A stretch of DNA of 64,000 nt from Planctomycetota bacterium (GTDB taxonomy: Bacteria > Planctomycetota > UBA1135 > UBA2386), in NCBI GenBank assembly GCA_046290465.1, contig JBKAGP010000001.1, positions 3,136,001 to 3,200,000 on the forward strand, given 5' to 3'. Under the pieces are notes generated by a model that was not told where the DNA came from, did not search any database, and worked only from the letters and a program-made list of their open reading frames with translations. Below are positions 62,432 through 64,000 of the stretch, piece after piece; position 1 is the first letter of the stretch; each line of letters begins with the position of its first letter. A program made the position numbers and the translations under genes.

Positions 62432-64000
62432 TCAGAGGTCGTCGCGGGCCACCACCGGCATGCGCTCCGACCAGCCTCGATACAGCGCCCGGAACGCCTC
62501 GTCGGCGAACAGCGCGGCCAGCGACGCCGGCGGCCTTGCGAGCGGCTCGAGCCGCTTGCCGAACATGACGAAGCGCTCGTAGGCGCGGCGCGCCTCGGCC
62601 AGTTCGCCGGCCGTGCTGTAGCAGCGGGCGACGTCGCGCCAGACGCGTGCCTTCTCGACGGCGTCGGCTGCGTGCGGCACCGCCGCGAGGAACAGCGCCG
62701 CCGCGTCGCTGCAGACCCCGCCTCCCTGCGGCTTGTCGGGATCGCAGATGCCCTGGTCGCACGCGTGGTAGTGGCCGTACATCTCGAGGCGGCGTTCGCC
62801 GCGACGGCGCCAGGTCTGATAGCGCCGGGCGTCCTCCTGCTGCCGGTCGACCGGCGCCACCTCGAAGAAGAACCCGACGCTGCGCGGCCGGAACAGCACG
62901 CAGTAGCGCACGCGGCCGGGCTCGTCGCCGTGCACGGGCACCTCGGTCACCGCGACCGGCGCGTCCTGCTCGGGCCGACGGGACAGCTTGACCTGTTCGT
63001 CGAACTGCACCAGCACGCGGCCGCCGCGGCCGCCGCGTTCGCCGAGGCCGAGCACGATGCCGGCGCGCAACCGGCCGGGATCGACGTCGCGGTAGTGGTC
63101 GTCCGGCATCACCGAGCGCTCCCTGGGCGGCGGCCGCAGCCACTCGAACGACTGGCCGACGTGCGCGCTGAGCACGTCCGGCGTGCGGTCGTGGTCGGCG
63201 TCGAGCAGCACCTGGTCGCGGTAGCGTTCGCGCATCGGGTGCACGCCGTCGGTCTTCGGCCACGACGGGCGGTAGTCGACCACGGGCACCAGCGCATCCG
63301 GCGTCGCATAGTCGTGGACCAGCCAGCCGCGCCCGCTGGTCGTGTGGAGCGAGAGCACCGCGTCGTAGCGACCCTGCGTGCGGACCGTGAACCCCATCTC
63401 GTCGAGCGCCGCGCGCGCGGTGTTCGCGAAGCGGCGCTCCTTGGCCGTGGCCTGCAGCGCGAACGGAAACCAGTAGCGCAGGTCGGCGATCGGCACGGCG
63501 CGGCCGCGACCGAGCTCCTGCTGGAACTGCAGCTGATCGTCCGCGATGCGCCCCGGAAACACGTGCGCCGACAGCACGCCGGTCAGCACCACCTTGTCGT
63601 CGATCCCGTCGGCGTTGGCATCGAAGTCCTCGGTGCCGAGCACCGCGTGGCGCTCCGCCGACTGGTGTTCGCAGCCGGCCGGCGAGGCCACGAAGTTCAT
63701 TGGCTGGTTGAGGCCGAGGCGGCGCGGGCCCGGCGCGACCTGGCGCACGTCGGCGAGCACGCCGCCGTCGCGCAACTGCAGCTCGAACGTCACGTCCTGC
63801 CGCTCGCGGTCGTTCTCGTCGGTCATCCGGCCGAAGATGCGGGCGGCGCCGCCGGCGGTCGCCGCTTCGACCCCGGTGATCGTGTAGGGCAGGTTGTCGA
63901 CGCCGCGCACCCGCGACAGCCGCCGCGGCAGGTAGGACCCGAGCGCGATCGGCTTGCCGGTGAAGTCACCCCCCTTGTTGAGCGGCAGCAGGAACAGGTA
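62432..64000 (-). CDS. Hypothetical protein with C-terminal TPR-like repeat; 5' end outside the window
   Basis: Frame of ORF 62432..63910 stays open to position 64000; ARCYSTAGELAEARRAYERF. Confidence 0.7.
   Translation of the reverse strand, partial: YLFLLPLNKGGDFTGKPIALGSYLPRRLSRVRGVDNLPYTITGVEAATAGGAARIFGRMTDENDRERQDVTFELQLRDGGVLADVRQVAPGPRRLGLNQPMNFVASPAGCEHQSAERHAVLGTEDFDANADGIDDKVVLTGVLSAHVFPGRIADDQLQFQQELGRGRAVPIADLRYWFPFALQATAKERRFANTARAALDEMGFTVRTQGRYDAVLSLHTTSGRGWLVHDYATPDALVPVVDYRPSWPKTDGVHPMRERYRDQVLLDADHDRTPDVLSAHVGQSFEWLRPPPRERSVMPDDHYRDVDPGRLRAGIVLGLGERGGRGGRVLVQFDEQVKLSRRPEQDAPVAVTEVPVHGDEPGRVRYCVLFRPRSVGFFFEVAPVDRQQEDARRYQTWRRRGERRLEMYGHYHACDQGICDPDKPQGGGVCSDAAALFLAAVPHAADAVEKARVWRDVARCYSTAGELAEARRAYERFVMFGKRLEPLARPPASLAALFADEAFRALYRGWSERMPVVARDDL

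Overview
A high-GC bacterial window with a gene content typical of Planctomycetota (inference from the DUF1549/DUF1553-DUF1501 pair, the ECF sigma plus Ser/Thr kinase pair, and an ECF sigma fused to exported repeats). It has about 45 CDS. Housekeeping genes include cutC, a Dus enzyme, thpR, lpxA, speA and glyA. There is a stand-alone type I PKS (KS-AT-KR-DH-ACP-TE), a dispersed set of putative catabolic genes (DUF993, NRAMP-like transporter, variant flavin oxidoreductase, enolase-superfamily enzyme), and many secreted proteins. The strongest hidden signal is a probable exported selenoprotein at 5503-6663: the ORF track splits it at an in-frame TGA that sits in a thioredoxin-like active site (GHPLGCT-U-NNG) and is followed by a bacterial SECIS-like hairpin. 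Other notable items are an 87-bp CTAG-bounded repeat flanking one gene and apparently removing its stop codon, a highly structured 146-nt intergenic element, a PTS enzyme I with a degenerate PEP-binding domain, and two catalytically dead M16-like proteins coupled to lpxA. I saw no rRNA, tRNA, CRISPR array or transposase. All family calls come from motif recognition by eye, not from database searches.
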